The notes under the pieces: model-generated
The model's input: only the letters and a program-made list of their open reading frames with translations
Told to the model about the DNA's origin: nothing
Databases searched by the model: none
Part shown: in pieces, positions 28,418-38,400 of the stretch
Layout: each line of letters opens with the position of its first letter
Numbering within the stretch: the first letter of the stretch is position 1
Translations under genes and position numbers: made by a program
Virus record (IMG/VR): IMGVR_UViG_3300005608_000006
Location: 1-61,109 of that record
DNA from: a virus
Taxonomy: Duplodnaviria; Caudoviricetes
Length of the DNA: 61,109 nucleotides
Reading direction: 5' to 3' (one strand)

Positions 28418-29949
28418 TAGAACTCGATTACGATTTTGATATCTTCTACCTGGTCGTTTGCACGACTAATAGATCTCCTATTATCTATGTAAACAACCTG
28501 ACCGCTATTTGATTTAACTTCGGGTTTTGCATATCCAGAGTTAAATTTCATACCTAAGTCGTATTCTGTGTTGTTAATAGTTCTTGAAGAAGTATTAGGG
28601 ACTGCAGGAAAGTTAACATCAGGTTGACCAGCAGCACCAGATGTTACACCATTAATAACGTTTGATCCATCAAATTCATTTTGTGTACCAGTAACTTCTG
28701 GGAAGATACCGTCTACAGAGTTTTGATAGTATTTCAAAACTTTTGTTGTTGCGTTCCAAGAAATAACACGAGCACGAGCAGTAACAGTCGTTCCACCGAC
28801 AACTCTACTCTGTGTCATGATTTCATCAGGAACATAATTACCTTGGAATGTAGGTGAGAAGATAACTGCTTTAGTAGCAGAAACTGTTAAATCAGAAATT
28901 AATTCAGTAGTTCCAAATTTTAAAGGGTTAGTAATTAGACCAATACGACGATAGTCGTTATCAATCGGGAAGTCACCAGCACCTTCATCATAAGATAGTT
29001 TTGCATTGATCATAACTCGGAAAGCACCAAGTTCTACAACTGAATCTTCACCATGTCCACCTGGAGGAGGAATGATAACATCAACTTGTCCACCAGAACC
29101 AGTTCCGATACCTGCTATACTATCAACACTAATTTTACCGAATGTATATCCAGTTCCACCAGATGTAACAGTAGCAGAGATAATTTTACCACCATCTACA
29201 ACAATAGAAACTCTACCACCAGTTCCATCTCCATTTATAGAGACGTTATCATAAGTTCCGTTGTTATAACCAGAACCAGCAGCATTGATTACAACAGTGT
29301 CTATTTCACCTGCAACTGCGTTCGTTTGAACAGCATCGTTAGTGAACACTGGCATATAATCATTTGAAAAGAATTTAAGAACCGATGCTACGGGGATGGT
29401 ATACATGTATTTCCAACGATAACCATCACCAGTAGTAATGATTGAAGTAGAAGTACCTGTAGGTTCCACTGTAGAAGGTTTTCCATTAGGATCGCTTGGC
29501 GATGTTCCATTGTAAATTACTTTATAAACTTGATATTGAGAGTTTACAACATAGAAGTCGGAATCATATAGTTTGGTAGCACCTGAGGAAGCAGTTTTAG
29601 TTGGAGAATAGTCATGACGATACATGTCATAAGTAAATCCCAAACCACCAGTAGTTTGTTCTGGAGAAACCCAGTCAATTCTACGACAAACTTGAACAGT
29701 ATCAGAAGCTAGGACTCTCTTCATGGATACCATATCATCATATGAATCAGCAAACTCTGAGAATGAATCAACTGCCTGTGGAGGCGAGTTTTCATTATCC
29801 CATGATTGTGGTCTACCAATAAAAAGGTAGAGCCTATCCCTCGACGTGCCTGCTGCATCATCACTTTGAGATGCTACAGGACCTTCGAGTGCTTTAATGA
29901 ATTTTTTCGCTGAAAAAATCCTAAATTGATCAGTTAATAGAGCTGCCAT
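28417..29949 (-). CDS. gp8: Baseplate wedge protein gp8
   Basis: LYLFIGRPQSW, YDMYRHDY, FYVVNSQYQVYK, DGYRWKYMY, NDYRRIGLITNP and SGQVVYIDNR. Confidence 0.93.
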   Translation of the reverse strand: MAALLTDQFRIFSAKKFIKALEGPVASQSDDAAGTSRDRLYLFIGRPQSWDNENSPPQAVDSFSEFADSYDDMVSMKRVLASDTVQVCRRIDWVSPEQTTGGLGFTYDMYRHDYSPTKTASSGATKLYDSDFYVVNSQYQVYKVIYNGTSPSDPNGKPSTVEPTGTSTSIITTGDGYRWKYMYTIPVASVLKFFSNDYMPVFTNDAVQTNAVAGEIDTVVINAAGSGYNNGTYDNVSINGDGTGGRVSIVVDGGKIISATVTSGGTGYTFGKISVDSIAGIGTGSGGQVDVIIPPPGGHGEDSVVELGAFRVMINAKLSYDEGAGDFPIDNDYRRIGLITNPLKFGTTELISDLTVSATKAVIFSPTFQGNYVPDEIMTQSRVVGGTTVTARARVISWNATTKVLKYYQNSVDGIFPEVTGTQNEFDGSNVINGVTSGAAGQPDVNFPAVPNTSSRTINNTEYDLGMKFNSGYAKPEVKSNSGQVVYIDNRRSISRANDQVEDIKIVIEF

Positions 29950-29975
29950 GTCCTAAGGTGTTTGTTCCTCTTGTT

Positions 29976-29983
29976 TATTTATA
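29976..29983 (-). promoter_or_regulatory. T4 late promoter TATAAATA upstream of gp8
   Basis: Exact consensus, 27 nt upstream of the ATG. Confidence 0.85.
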
Positions 29984-29987
29984 GTGC

Positions 29988-32900
29988 TTACGAGCGAAGG
30001 ATTGTTTGATATTCAATTCGTTTTATTCTATAACGTGCACCACCGTTACCAATTAGGTCTTCGCCACCTAAAATTGCCTGTGCAACAGCACCACTACCAG
30101 TAGTGTCGCCAGTCGCATTTGTGAATGTCACGGTAGGATGTATGTTGTATGTCCCGTCAACTGTCTGAGGGATACCATATCCACCATTAACAACACTGAT
30201 AGATGCTACTTGGTCACCTGCTGCTGTCATGACAGCAGTTGCAGTTGATTGTATATCACCAGTATTTTCAATAGCTATAGTTGGAGGTGCGGTATAGTTC
30301 GTTCCTGGTGCTTGAACGTAGTAATCAACAATAGTTCCCTTAGATGAGAACTCATATAAGAATCCACCTATTCCAACATTAATATTAGTTGTGTTATAAG
30401 GAACAATATTATTTACAACTAATAATGAAGTTGATGGATCCCAAGAAACAACCGTTCCTTGAACAGATGACACAGATCCAGTTACAACGTCATTAACACT
30501 GTAGTTTTGTCCGTTTCCATTATTAGCATCTAGATATATGTTTAAAATACCATTATGCTCAACACCATCTGCTAAAGTACCTGCTGCTGTGATACTAGCA
30601 TACTTGAATGGTATAGTAGCATCTTTTATGTTATCACCAACTTGGAATAGGGTTGTGTTAGTTCCACCCTGAGTTTCTTCAATACCATATAATGAATTAT
30701 ATAGTCCACCATCTAAACTAATTTGGTTAGCATATTCAGTAGAAGTATTTACCAAATCAGGAATGCCATCACCAGCACCAGCATTTTCAGCAATATCTTG
30801 AAACTTTCTATTATTGAAAGTGGAGATTGGTTCTGTTAATAATGTAATAGTATCTCCATTTGAAACCAAAACAATATGAGGTTCTTTTCCAGATGGAGCA
30901 CTTGCAGCAGTACCTGCATCAAATTGAACGATAGCATCTAAAGTAGATGGAATACCACCATCAATAAATGCTAATTCGTCAACTTCAAATGTAACTAGAA
31001 GTTCTCTAGTATTAGGATTCCAGTCATATACCTTTGCAACTTTGTTATTTGCATTTTCAACTCTACGAATAACTCTATCACCAACATTAAATTTATATGT
31101 TGATATACCACTTTGATCATTCTGAGAAGTATCAAGAATAACTCTTTGATCATAATTAAAGTTTACACCTCTGGTTAATCCAGTAAATCTACCTTCACCT
31201 TTACCAGTATATGATACTGTTTCTGTATCAATGATTAGATTACCAGAACCAGGAAAACCATCTGTGGAATCAACATATACAGTTGTCTCAGAAGCAGTTA
31301 AGTTTTTAACTAGACCAGTAAGATATATCTGTTCAGAGTTATTTGCTTGTCTAGCATCTGTCTTTCGTTTTAAGTTTACAAGTTTTGTAAAGATAATATT
31401 TGGAGGATTTACATACCCAGAACCAGGATCTGTTACTGTAATACCAGTTATTTGTCCTTGACTAATTTGTGCAGTTGCTTTTGCACCAATTCCACCACCA
31501 CCTGTAATTAAAACAAATGGAGGTTCTTGATAGAATTCACCTGGATTTGCAACACTAATTGATGTAACCTTACCTAAAACATCAATTTCTGCAGCACCTT
31601 GAGCACCAGTACCTCCACCACCACCTTCAAATATAAGAGTTGGAGGAGTTGCATAAGATCTACCCGAATTAAGAAGCGATAAACCAGTAACAGTTTGAAC
31701 AACAGGAGTTCCTAAAGCACCAGTTCCTTCTCCACCAAGTATTTTTGCTTTTGCAGGACCAAAGTAATTATCACCTTTCTTTGTCATCTTGATATATGAA
31801 ACACTACCATTAGAAGCAAGAACTACATCACCCTCTGCAATAGTTGGGAATGTAGATTCTTGAGTAGGTAATAGATCTCCTTCATCAACAGGAGTGCTAT
31901 ACATTTTAGGACCGATAGCATAAGGATAAACAGGTTCACCACTACTATTTTCGGTCATAAAGTAAGCGTAAGTTCCATTTGGATACTCTGGAGTCGGAGC
32001 AAATTTACCGTTATATTCATCTAAAGTTCCTACAGATGAATCGTAAATATAATCACTTGTTAAATCACCGATTAAATATCCTTCATTAACAGTTCTAATC
32101 CAAAGACCAGAAGTTGAATATCCAAAGAGATATAAAATACGGGGAGAATTTACAGGAATTGTAAATCTTACTTCACGACTTGTTGCTCCTTGGAATGCAG
32201 AAAGATAACCTTGATATGTTACTTCAGATCCATTGATAAAATATTGAATCCCTTGACCTGCATAAAGATATGTTGTGTTTCCTATTTCAGAAGCACCTAC
32301 ACTATGCCAACCATCTTGAGTTTCTGAAATAAACAAACCATTAAAAGCAGATGCTGAGTTACTAGCATCATTTTGATTAAAGATATATTGTTTTCCTCTA
32401 TCTAAATCTAAAAATGCAGGTCTACTACCATCAAAATAGAATTGTCCATTGGAAATAGTAACTGCGTATGTAACAGTTCCTGTAGTAGTTACAGGTTGTC
32501 TAGCACCTTGAATTTCTGCAGTAACTCTAGTTCTATAACTAGATACTTCTCTAGCAACTGCACCACTAGAATTATATCCATAAGGTCCGTAAATTGGATA
32601 TCCATCATATGACATACCCAAAATTTTTGAATGACCATCAACATGTCTTGAACGATCTATTGTTGATGTATCATTAGCATCAGATTGATAGTAATTTTCA
32701 ACGTAATATGTATTTTGATTACCAGTTCTCGGAGATGATACCGTTTTTATCATGTAAGATTCATCACCAGCATATCCACCCATATACCTGTGATTAGCAC
32801 AATGAATGTAAACTTTGTTTACCTCATCGGTATTCATTATGAATATTGGTTGATATATGTTTTCGTAATCTGCAGATATTGCTGCAGAAGAACCAGTACT

Positions 32901-34163
32901 ATTATAATAAAGAGTTCCACCATTTAAAGTTCCATCAGGAGTTGTGCTGAATCTGATAGAATGATTACCACTTTGATTACTAGAATCTGACTGATCAAAA
33001 ATAATTAATTGATTTGCTTGAACTTTTATATCTTCGGGTGCAAAGTAAAAAGTATTTGGTGCGAAAGGACCAAACTTGTTTGCACTAGGACCAAATTCTA
33101 TGTAATAAGGATTAACTGTAATTGGAGTTCCACTTACTTTGAATGTAAATCCATTTGCACCAATACATAAATCATTTTCTAAAAACGGATCACCAGTAAG
33201 ATCACGAAGATATATTCTTGTAACTGCTCCACCAGAATCTTTTACAACTTTTGTTACTTCACCTTTTGCAGTTCCACCTATCTCATCAACAACTCTACCA
33301 ACTTCAACAAATCCTAAAGTTTCATCTACATTAGTAACATTTAACATTACGTTACCAGTTTCTACTTTAACAGTCCAAGTAAATACTTCTAAATCACCAT
33401 TTTCAAATACACCATTTGTAAGTGCAAATTCATCAACAACTTTACTTGAATGATAATAGTAAGTATTATTATCCAATACAGCATCATATACATTTGATGA
33501 TTTTACATAATCATATTTTACAGTATCAATAGGTAAATTTACATCTGCATTACCTATAGTTCCCCAATCTGGTGTATGTAATAAACCACCATTTGCCAAA
33601 ATACCATTTACTGTATTTGGTCTGAATACTCTTGTAGTAGGATTTGGAACATCTTTACCACCACGGTAGATATATGCTTGATTGAACGTTCTATCAACAA
33701 TGTCACCAGACCCACCTGGTTGCCTCTCAGAGAGGTATAACTGAGATGGTTTAGGGTGATTATCGGATGTTATTGTTAATCTATCAACTTTCTGTCCATT
33801 ACTATCTGTAGCAAAGACTCCTGATGTAGGAGAATTTGGATGACCTTGCCAAACTCTATTAATATCAAATGAAGTTATAACGCCTGGTGTATCTTGCTCT
33901 GGAGTAATTTGAAGTCTTAAAGGATCATATCCTCTACCTCTTTCTAATACACGAACGTGTGTAATTCTACCAGAGTCTGTGTCAATAATTGGATATAAAA
34001 TTGCCTCTACGTCTGGAGTTCCACATCCATCCACGGTAAGTCTAGGAGGATCAGTAGGATCGTAAGATGATCCTCCATTGATAACCTCCACTGCTCGAAC
34101 ACCAAACAATTCGTCAAAAATTGGTTTGATCTCTGCACCAGAACCAGGAACTGTTCTTGCCAT
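29988..34163 (-). CDS. Baseplate-associated structural protein with YHYH-like and cupredoxin-like domains
   Basis: GHSKILGMSYDGYPIYGPYGY and LDEYNGKFAPTPEYPNGTYAYF (YHYH-family motifs); GSGY beta-repeats; H...CANHRYM. Confidence 0.8.
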   Translation of the reverse strand: MARTVPGSGAEIKPIFDELFGVRAVEVINGGSSYDPTDPPRLTVDGCGTPDVEAILYPIIDTDSGRITHVRVLERGRGYDPLRLQITPEQDTPGVITSFDINRVWQGHPNSPTSGVFATDSNGQKVDRLTITSDNHPKPSQLYLSERQPGGSGDIVDRTFNQAYIYRGGKDVPNPTTRVFRPNTVNGILANGGLLHTPDWGTIGNADVNLPIDTVKYDYVKSSNVYDAVLDNNTYYYHSSKVVDEFALTNGVFENGDLEVFTWTVKVETGNVMLNVTNVDETLGFVEVGRVVDEIGGTAKGEVTKVVKDSGGAVTRIYLRDLTGDPFLENDLCIGANGFTFKVSGTPITVNPYYIEFGPSANKFGPFAPNTFYFAPEDIKVQANQLIIFDQSDSSNQSGNHSIRFSTTPDGTLNGGTLYYNSTGSSAAISADYENIYQPIFIMNTDEVNKVYIHCANHRYMGGYAGDESYMIKTVSSPRTGNQNTYYVENYYQSDANDTSTIDRSRHVDGHSKILGMSYDGYPIYGPYGYNSSGAVAREVSSYRTRVTAEIQGARQPVTTTGTVTYAVTISNGQFYFDGSRPAFLDLDRGKQYIFNQNDASNSASAFNGLFISETQDGWHSVGASEIGNTTYLYAGQGIQYFINGSEVTYQGYLSAFQGATSREVRFTIPVNSPRILYLFGYSTSGLWIRTVNEGYLIGDLTSDYIYDSSVGTLDEYNGKFAPTPEYPNGTYAYFMTENSSGEPVYPYAIGPKMYSTPVDEGDLLPTQESTFPTIAEGDVVLASNGSVSYIKMTKKGDNYFGPAKAKILGGEGTGALGTPVVQTVTGLSLLNSGRSYATPPTLIFEGGGGGTGAQGAAEIDVLGKVTSISVANPGEFYQEPPFVLITGGGGIGAKATAQISQGQITGITVTDPGSGYVNPPNIIFTKLVNLKRKTDARQANNSEQIYLTGLVKNLTASETTVYVDSTDGFPGSGNLIIDTETVSYTGKGEGRFTGLTRGVNFNYDQRVILDTSQNDQSGISTYKFNVGDRVIRRVENANNKVAKVYDWNPNTRELLVTFEVDELAFIDGGIPSTLDAIVQFDAGTAASAPSGKEPHIVLVSNGDTITLLTEPISTFNNRKFQDIAENAGAGDGIPDLVNTSTEYANQISLDGGLYNSLYGIEETQGGTNTTLFQVGDNIKDATIPFKYASITAAGTLADGVEHNGILNIYLDANNGNGQNYSVNDVVTGSVSSVQGTVVSWDPSTSLLVVNNIVPYNTTNINVGIGGFLYEFSSKGTIVDYYVQAPGTNYTAPPTIAIENTGDIQSTATAVMTAAGDQVASISVVNGGYGIPQTVDGTYNIHPTVTFTNATGDTTGSGAVAQAILGGEDLIGNGGARYRIKRIEYQTILRS

Positions 34164-34169
34164 TTAATC

Positions 34170-35393
34170 TTAACTTACTACGTTGATTGTTCCTTGCATT
34201 GAAGCATGGATTGTACATTGATAATAAAGTGTAGTTGGAGAATCCAAAGGAACTGTCCAATACAAGATAGAAGATCCACTACCACTTTGACCAGCAGTAT
34301 ATGGAGTTCCAGTCAAACCTTGTGTGCTTTGAATTCTAAAGGGGTGTGCACCACCAACAGAGTTATCAAAAGCATATGTAAACCCTCTATAAACATAAAG
34401 AGTTGGATCATTGACTGTTCCTGAGAAACCAGGACCAGAGAAAGTATAATCAGAAGATCCATTAGCACCTACTTCCCACCAAGTCATTGGACTTCTGCTT
34501 ATTGACCAACTAGAACCATTCCAATAAAGTGAATCACCTTGAACAACGCCTGCTACGTTTGTATCAGTCAAAGCAGCCAATGTTGTAGAAAGAGATCCTG
34601 AGAAGTTAACTGTAAGAGTATCACCCGAAACTGCAGTGGTTATGTTACTTCCACCAGCGATTGTCAATGTATCTGCTGTAGCATTAGCAGTTGTTGATCC
34701 ACTATCACCAGCTACAGTTGCAAATAAGTTTTGTGTTGCTCCTCCACCTGCACCCTCATCATCGGCTGGTGCCCAGTTACTTCCATTCCACTTCAATATT
34801 TGGTTTGTTGTAGGTGCAGCAGTAGTTGTATCTACATCAGCTAACTTATCAATACTTGAATATTGAGTTATTATCTGTGCTCTTGTATCACCAACACCAC
34901 CAGCTGTTATGTTGATGTTAACATATGGATTATCATCACCATCAACAGTAAAAAAGTATCCAGTGTAAGTTGCAGCAGCTGGTGCATTTCCTAACGCTGA
35001 ATATTCATTTTTATATTGAATTGATGTAGGAAAGTCTATAGTTCCTGTTGCACCATCAAATGTTGATGTAACACTACCAGCTGTCAGGAGAACATCTCCA
35101 GTTCCGTTTGGTGCTACAGTAATATTTCCATTTGAAGATGAAATAATTGAGTTACCAGAAACATCTAAGGCAGATGTTAAGGTAGTATAATCTGAAGGTA
35201 AAAATGTAGATCCATTGTACCTTAAGATCTGTCCCGTTGCAGGGTTAGTGGTATCAACGGATAATGTTGATCCATTCCCCAAAGCGGTATATATTTCGTT
35301 AAAATTATCGTTAATCTTATCACCGCCAACTCTAAGAGTATCACCTGTATTATCATTAGCTGCGGATCCAAGACCTAGAGTTTGTTTAGCCAT
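34170..35393 (-). CDS. gp9-like baseplate wedge/tail-fibre connector with a C-terminal cupredoxin-like domain
   Basis: gp9/gp10-type N-terminus AKQ.LGLGSAANDNTGDTLRVGGDKINDNFNEIY; C-terminal AHPF...LYYQCTIHASMQGTINV. Confidence 0.8.
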   Translation of the reverse strand: MAKQTLGLGSAANDNTGDTLRVGGDKINDNFNEIYTALGNGSTLSVDTTNPATGQILRYNGSTFLPSDYTTLTSALDVSGNSIISSSNGNITVAPNGTGDVLLTAGSVTSTFDGATGTIDFPTSIQYKNEYSALGNAPAAATYTGYFFTVDGDDNPYVNINITAGGVGDTRAQIITQYSSIDKLADVDTTTAAPTTNQILKWNGSNWAPADDEGAGGGATQNLFATVAGDSGSTTANATADTLTIAGGSNITTAVSGDTLTVNFSGSLSTTLAALTDTNVAGVVQGDSLYWNGSSWSISRSPMTWWEVGANGSSDYTFSGPGFSGTVNDPTLYVYRGFTYAFDNSVGGAHPFRIQSTQGLTGTPYTAGQSGSGSSILYWTVPLDSPTTLYYQCTIHASMQGTINVVS

Positions 35394-35411
35394 TGGTAAA
35401 AGATTTTTAGT

Positions 35412-35418
35412 TATTTAT
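35412..35418 (-). promoter_or_regulatory. Late promoter ATAAATA
   Basis: Overlaps the stop of the giant gene, 19 nt upstream of the ATG at 35393. Confidence 0.7.
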
Positions 35419-38400
35419 GGGGTTTCGGGGTCTACTAACTCTTCACCGTATTGTGAAAGGTCAGGAGCTGTCCAATCATCAGGAACTGATGTTGCAACAC
35501 CGACAGATGGATTTTGATATCCACTTCCTGTTGCACTTATTTCAACTGCAGCAACACCGACTAATGCCTTAATGTTGCCTTCAAATCCACTGATAGAGTC
35601 GATTCTAACAGTAGGTCTAGAAGTATATCCAGAACCACCAGATGTGATCTGAACTTTATCAATTTGACCAGTAGTTAATACTGCGGTTCCTTGTCCTTTG
35701 TTTCCAAATACAGAACCAAGATAATCAAATGTAATTAGAGAGTTAGAAGATTCAATAACAGCAACTTCTCTATCTAATGTCTCACCTTGTATATCAATAA
35801 AGTCACCAGGTTCAACTGGAGGAACAACTTCAGCAGCATCAACGTCTGCTTCAGATCCAACGTAGGAGAACGCAACAAATGTAGATCCAAATCTAGGTAT
35901 CTCAGAGAAGATAATTCTAGAACCAACAATTTCAAAACCAACGCCTGGTTCCTGTAGAACACCATTGAGTGATACAATGATATTGTTCTCAGGTCTAATT
36001 GTTGTGGACTGAACACCATCAGTAAGAGTCAATGAGTAGAATACATCATCACGTTTCAAGTTAAATGATTGACGTAATGAATCAAACTCGAATGATATGT
36101 CATCTAACTGTCTTAACTTACCAATATAGAATCCTGAGAAACCTGCTCCAAGATCAGGTGCTTCTGTAAATGCTATTTCATCAGAGAATGCTGTAAACGC
36201 AAATGTAGCACCAGGAGGTTGTAGCACACCATTAATAAAGATGAGCATGTGACCTGCAGGATCTGGGAAGTACGGAGTTCCGTTTGCAGTTGTAAGTTTA
36301 AAGTTAGTTTGAGTTCCATCAAAACCTCTGAAGGAACGTTTAACTCTTGCTTTAAGATTGACTAAAGTATTAATAGATCCCTTATAATTATCAGGACCGA
36401 TAATACCATCTCTACTACTAAATGTTCCTTTAATTTCAGCAAGATAAAGTCTCTTATTGATACCTACAGTTTCAATATCTTGAATGATACCACTTGCAGC
36501 ACCAGCAACTTGAACAACAGTTGAAACTTGTGCATAACCGATAGGATTGAATGGATCATTAGCAGCACCATAAGCACCAACAAATTGACCGATTGTGAAA
36601 TCAGCACCTACAACTTGCTTATAGTAGATGTAATTATTATCAAGATCAACTTCAGTAATGTAACCATAAACATTAGCGTTCTGGAAATTAGAATCAACTC
36701 TATGAATCTTATCTCCAACTTGGAATGTGTTAACACCACCTTGAATTGAAATACCAATTCTAGTATGACCAGCAGAGTTAATTCTATCACCAACTGAAAC
36801 ATCTAGTCCATCATACTTAACAACTTCTGTGAATATTTCAGAAGCACTTGGGAATAGAGTAGCAGTAGTTTCAAAGGTTCCAGTGAATGTCTCAGTATCA
36901 ATAGTTAATCTACCACCAGTATTTCTAAGAACAGCACCTGACTGAACTAAGAATCCTGTAGGAGATGCTGTGACACCTGATGTATAACCCTTGAATATAA
37001 TATCATTAGTAAATGTTCCTTGAAGTTTATTAATTTGAATTCTATTTTCAATAGCACTGATTTGTGCAGAAGTACTGTTAGCAGCACCAACCATTATATC
37101 TGTAATACCCCAAACTCCACCAGTTACTTGAACATCAAGATACTTATAGTTTGCATCCTGATGGAATCCGTAAACAACACCAGTAATTGAAGTATCACCT
37201 TGTTTTGCTAATGTCTCACCCATTGTGAAAGGACCATTAGTGATGTCACCATCAATTCTCATTCTCTTAAATATCTGAACAATCTTACCTTCATTTAAGG
37301 TTAATTTTTCTACTTCAGCATAATTATCACTTTGAGTTCCATAGAAGTAATCTGTATTATTCAATCCACCAGAAATACCTGTTGGAATAGTTCTAGTTCC
37401 ATATGTCGGAGTAGGAACTGTAATACCATTAAGTGTTGAAAGATTTGTATAGTAAGAATCTTGTAAGAACTGATTACGGATAATATCAAAATTATTTCTA
37501 ATAACTCTCTTAACAGAACTTAAATTATAAGTTGCTGCTGCAGTAGCATCATAATATGCAAAGAAACCTGCATTTGTAGAAGGAGATGTAAGAGTTCCAG
37601 AAAGAGCACTAAACATAAACTCTTCAAGTCTATCTAATGTGAAGTTCTTAATATTAAACTCATTATCGGAGTAGAATAGTTCTCCAGATTGAGCAGTGTA
37701 AGGATCTAATGCACCTTTATTAAGTTTGTAACCCCATGCATATAATCCACTAGAAGCATCACCTGTGTATGATGAAGAACCATCAATAAATATTTGATTC
37801 CTAATCTCTGAGAAACCGAAGGAGAATGTAATTGTAATAAATGCTCTGAACCAACCATCACCATAAGGAATTACACCAGAAGCATCTACAGTAATACCAC
37901 CTTGAGGTTGGAATATAGATCCACCTGCACCTGTAAGAAGATTAATATCAAAGAATGCTTGCTGTTTATTAGATGTTCCTTCATCCAATGAAATCATAAC
38001 TCTTGCATTATCACCATAAGTTCCATTCTGTTTTAAGAATACAGAGAATGTAAATTGCTGATCTTCAGCAGTACCTACGTTACCAGTATCAAATGTTTCT
38101 GATCCAGAGTCAAATTTAACTGTTCCACTATCAAAGGTTTCAAATGCACTGATTAAATAGTTCTTATAAACAAAGTGTTGACCTGCAACTGCTGTAGGAA
38201 CTAGAGCATCAGCAGTTAAAGTTCCATCAGGACCATTTGCTTGATCTACAGTTGTTGTTACTAAGTTGTTAACCCAACCTGCTGCAGCAAAGTTTTCTGG
38301 ATATGGGAATAAGTTAGCAGTAGAAACTTGTCCTTGAACATTTGAAGTAATCTGTCTAGCACTATCAATTACCTCAATGTTAGTTACATTATTATACCAG

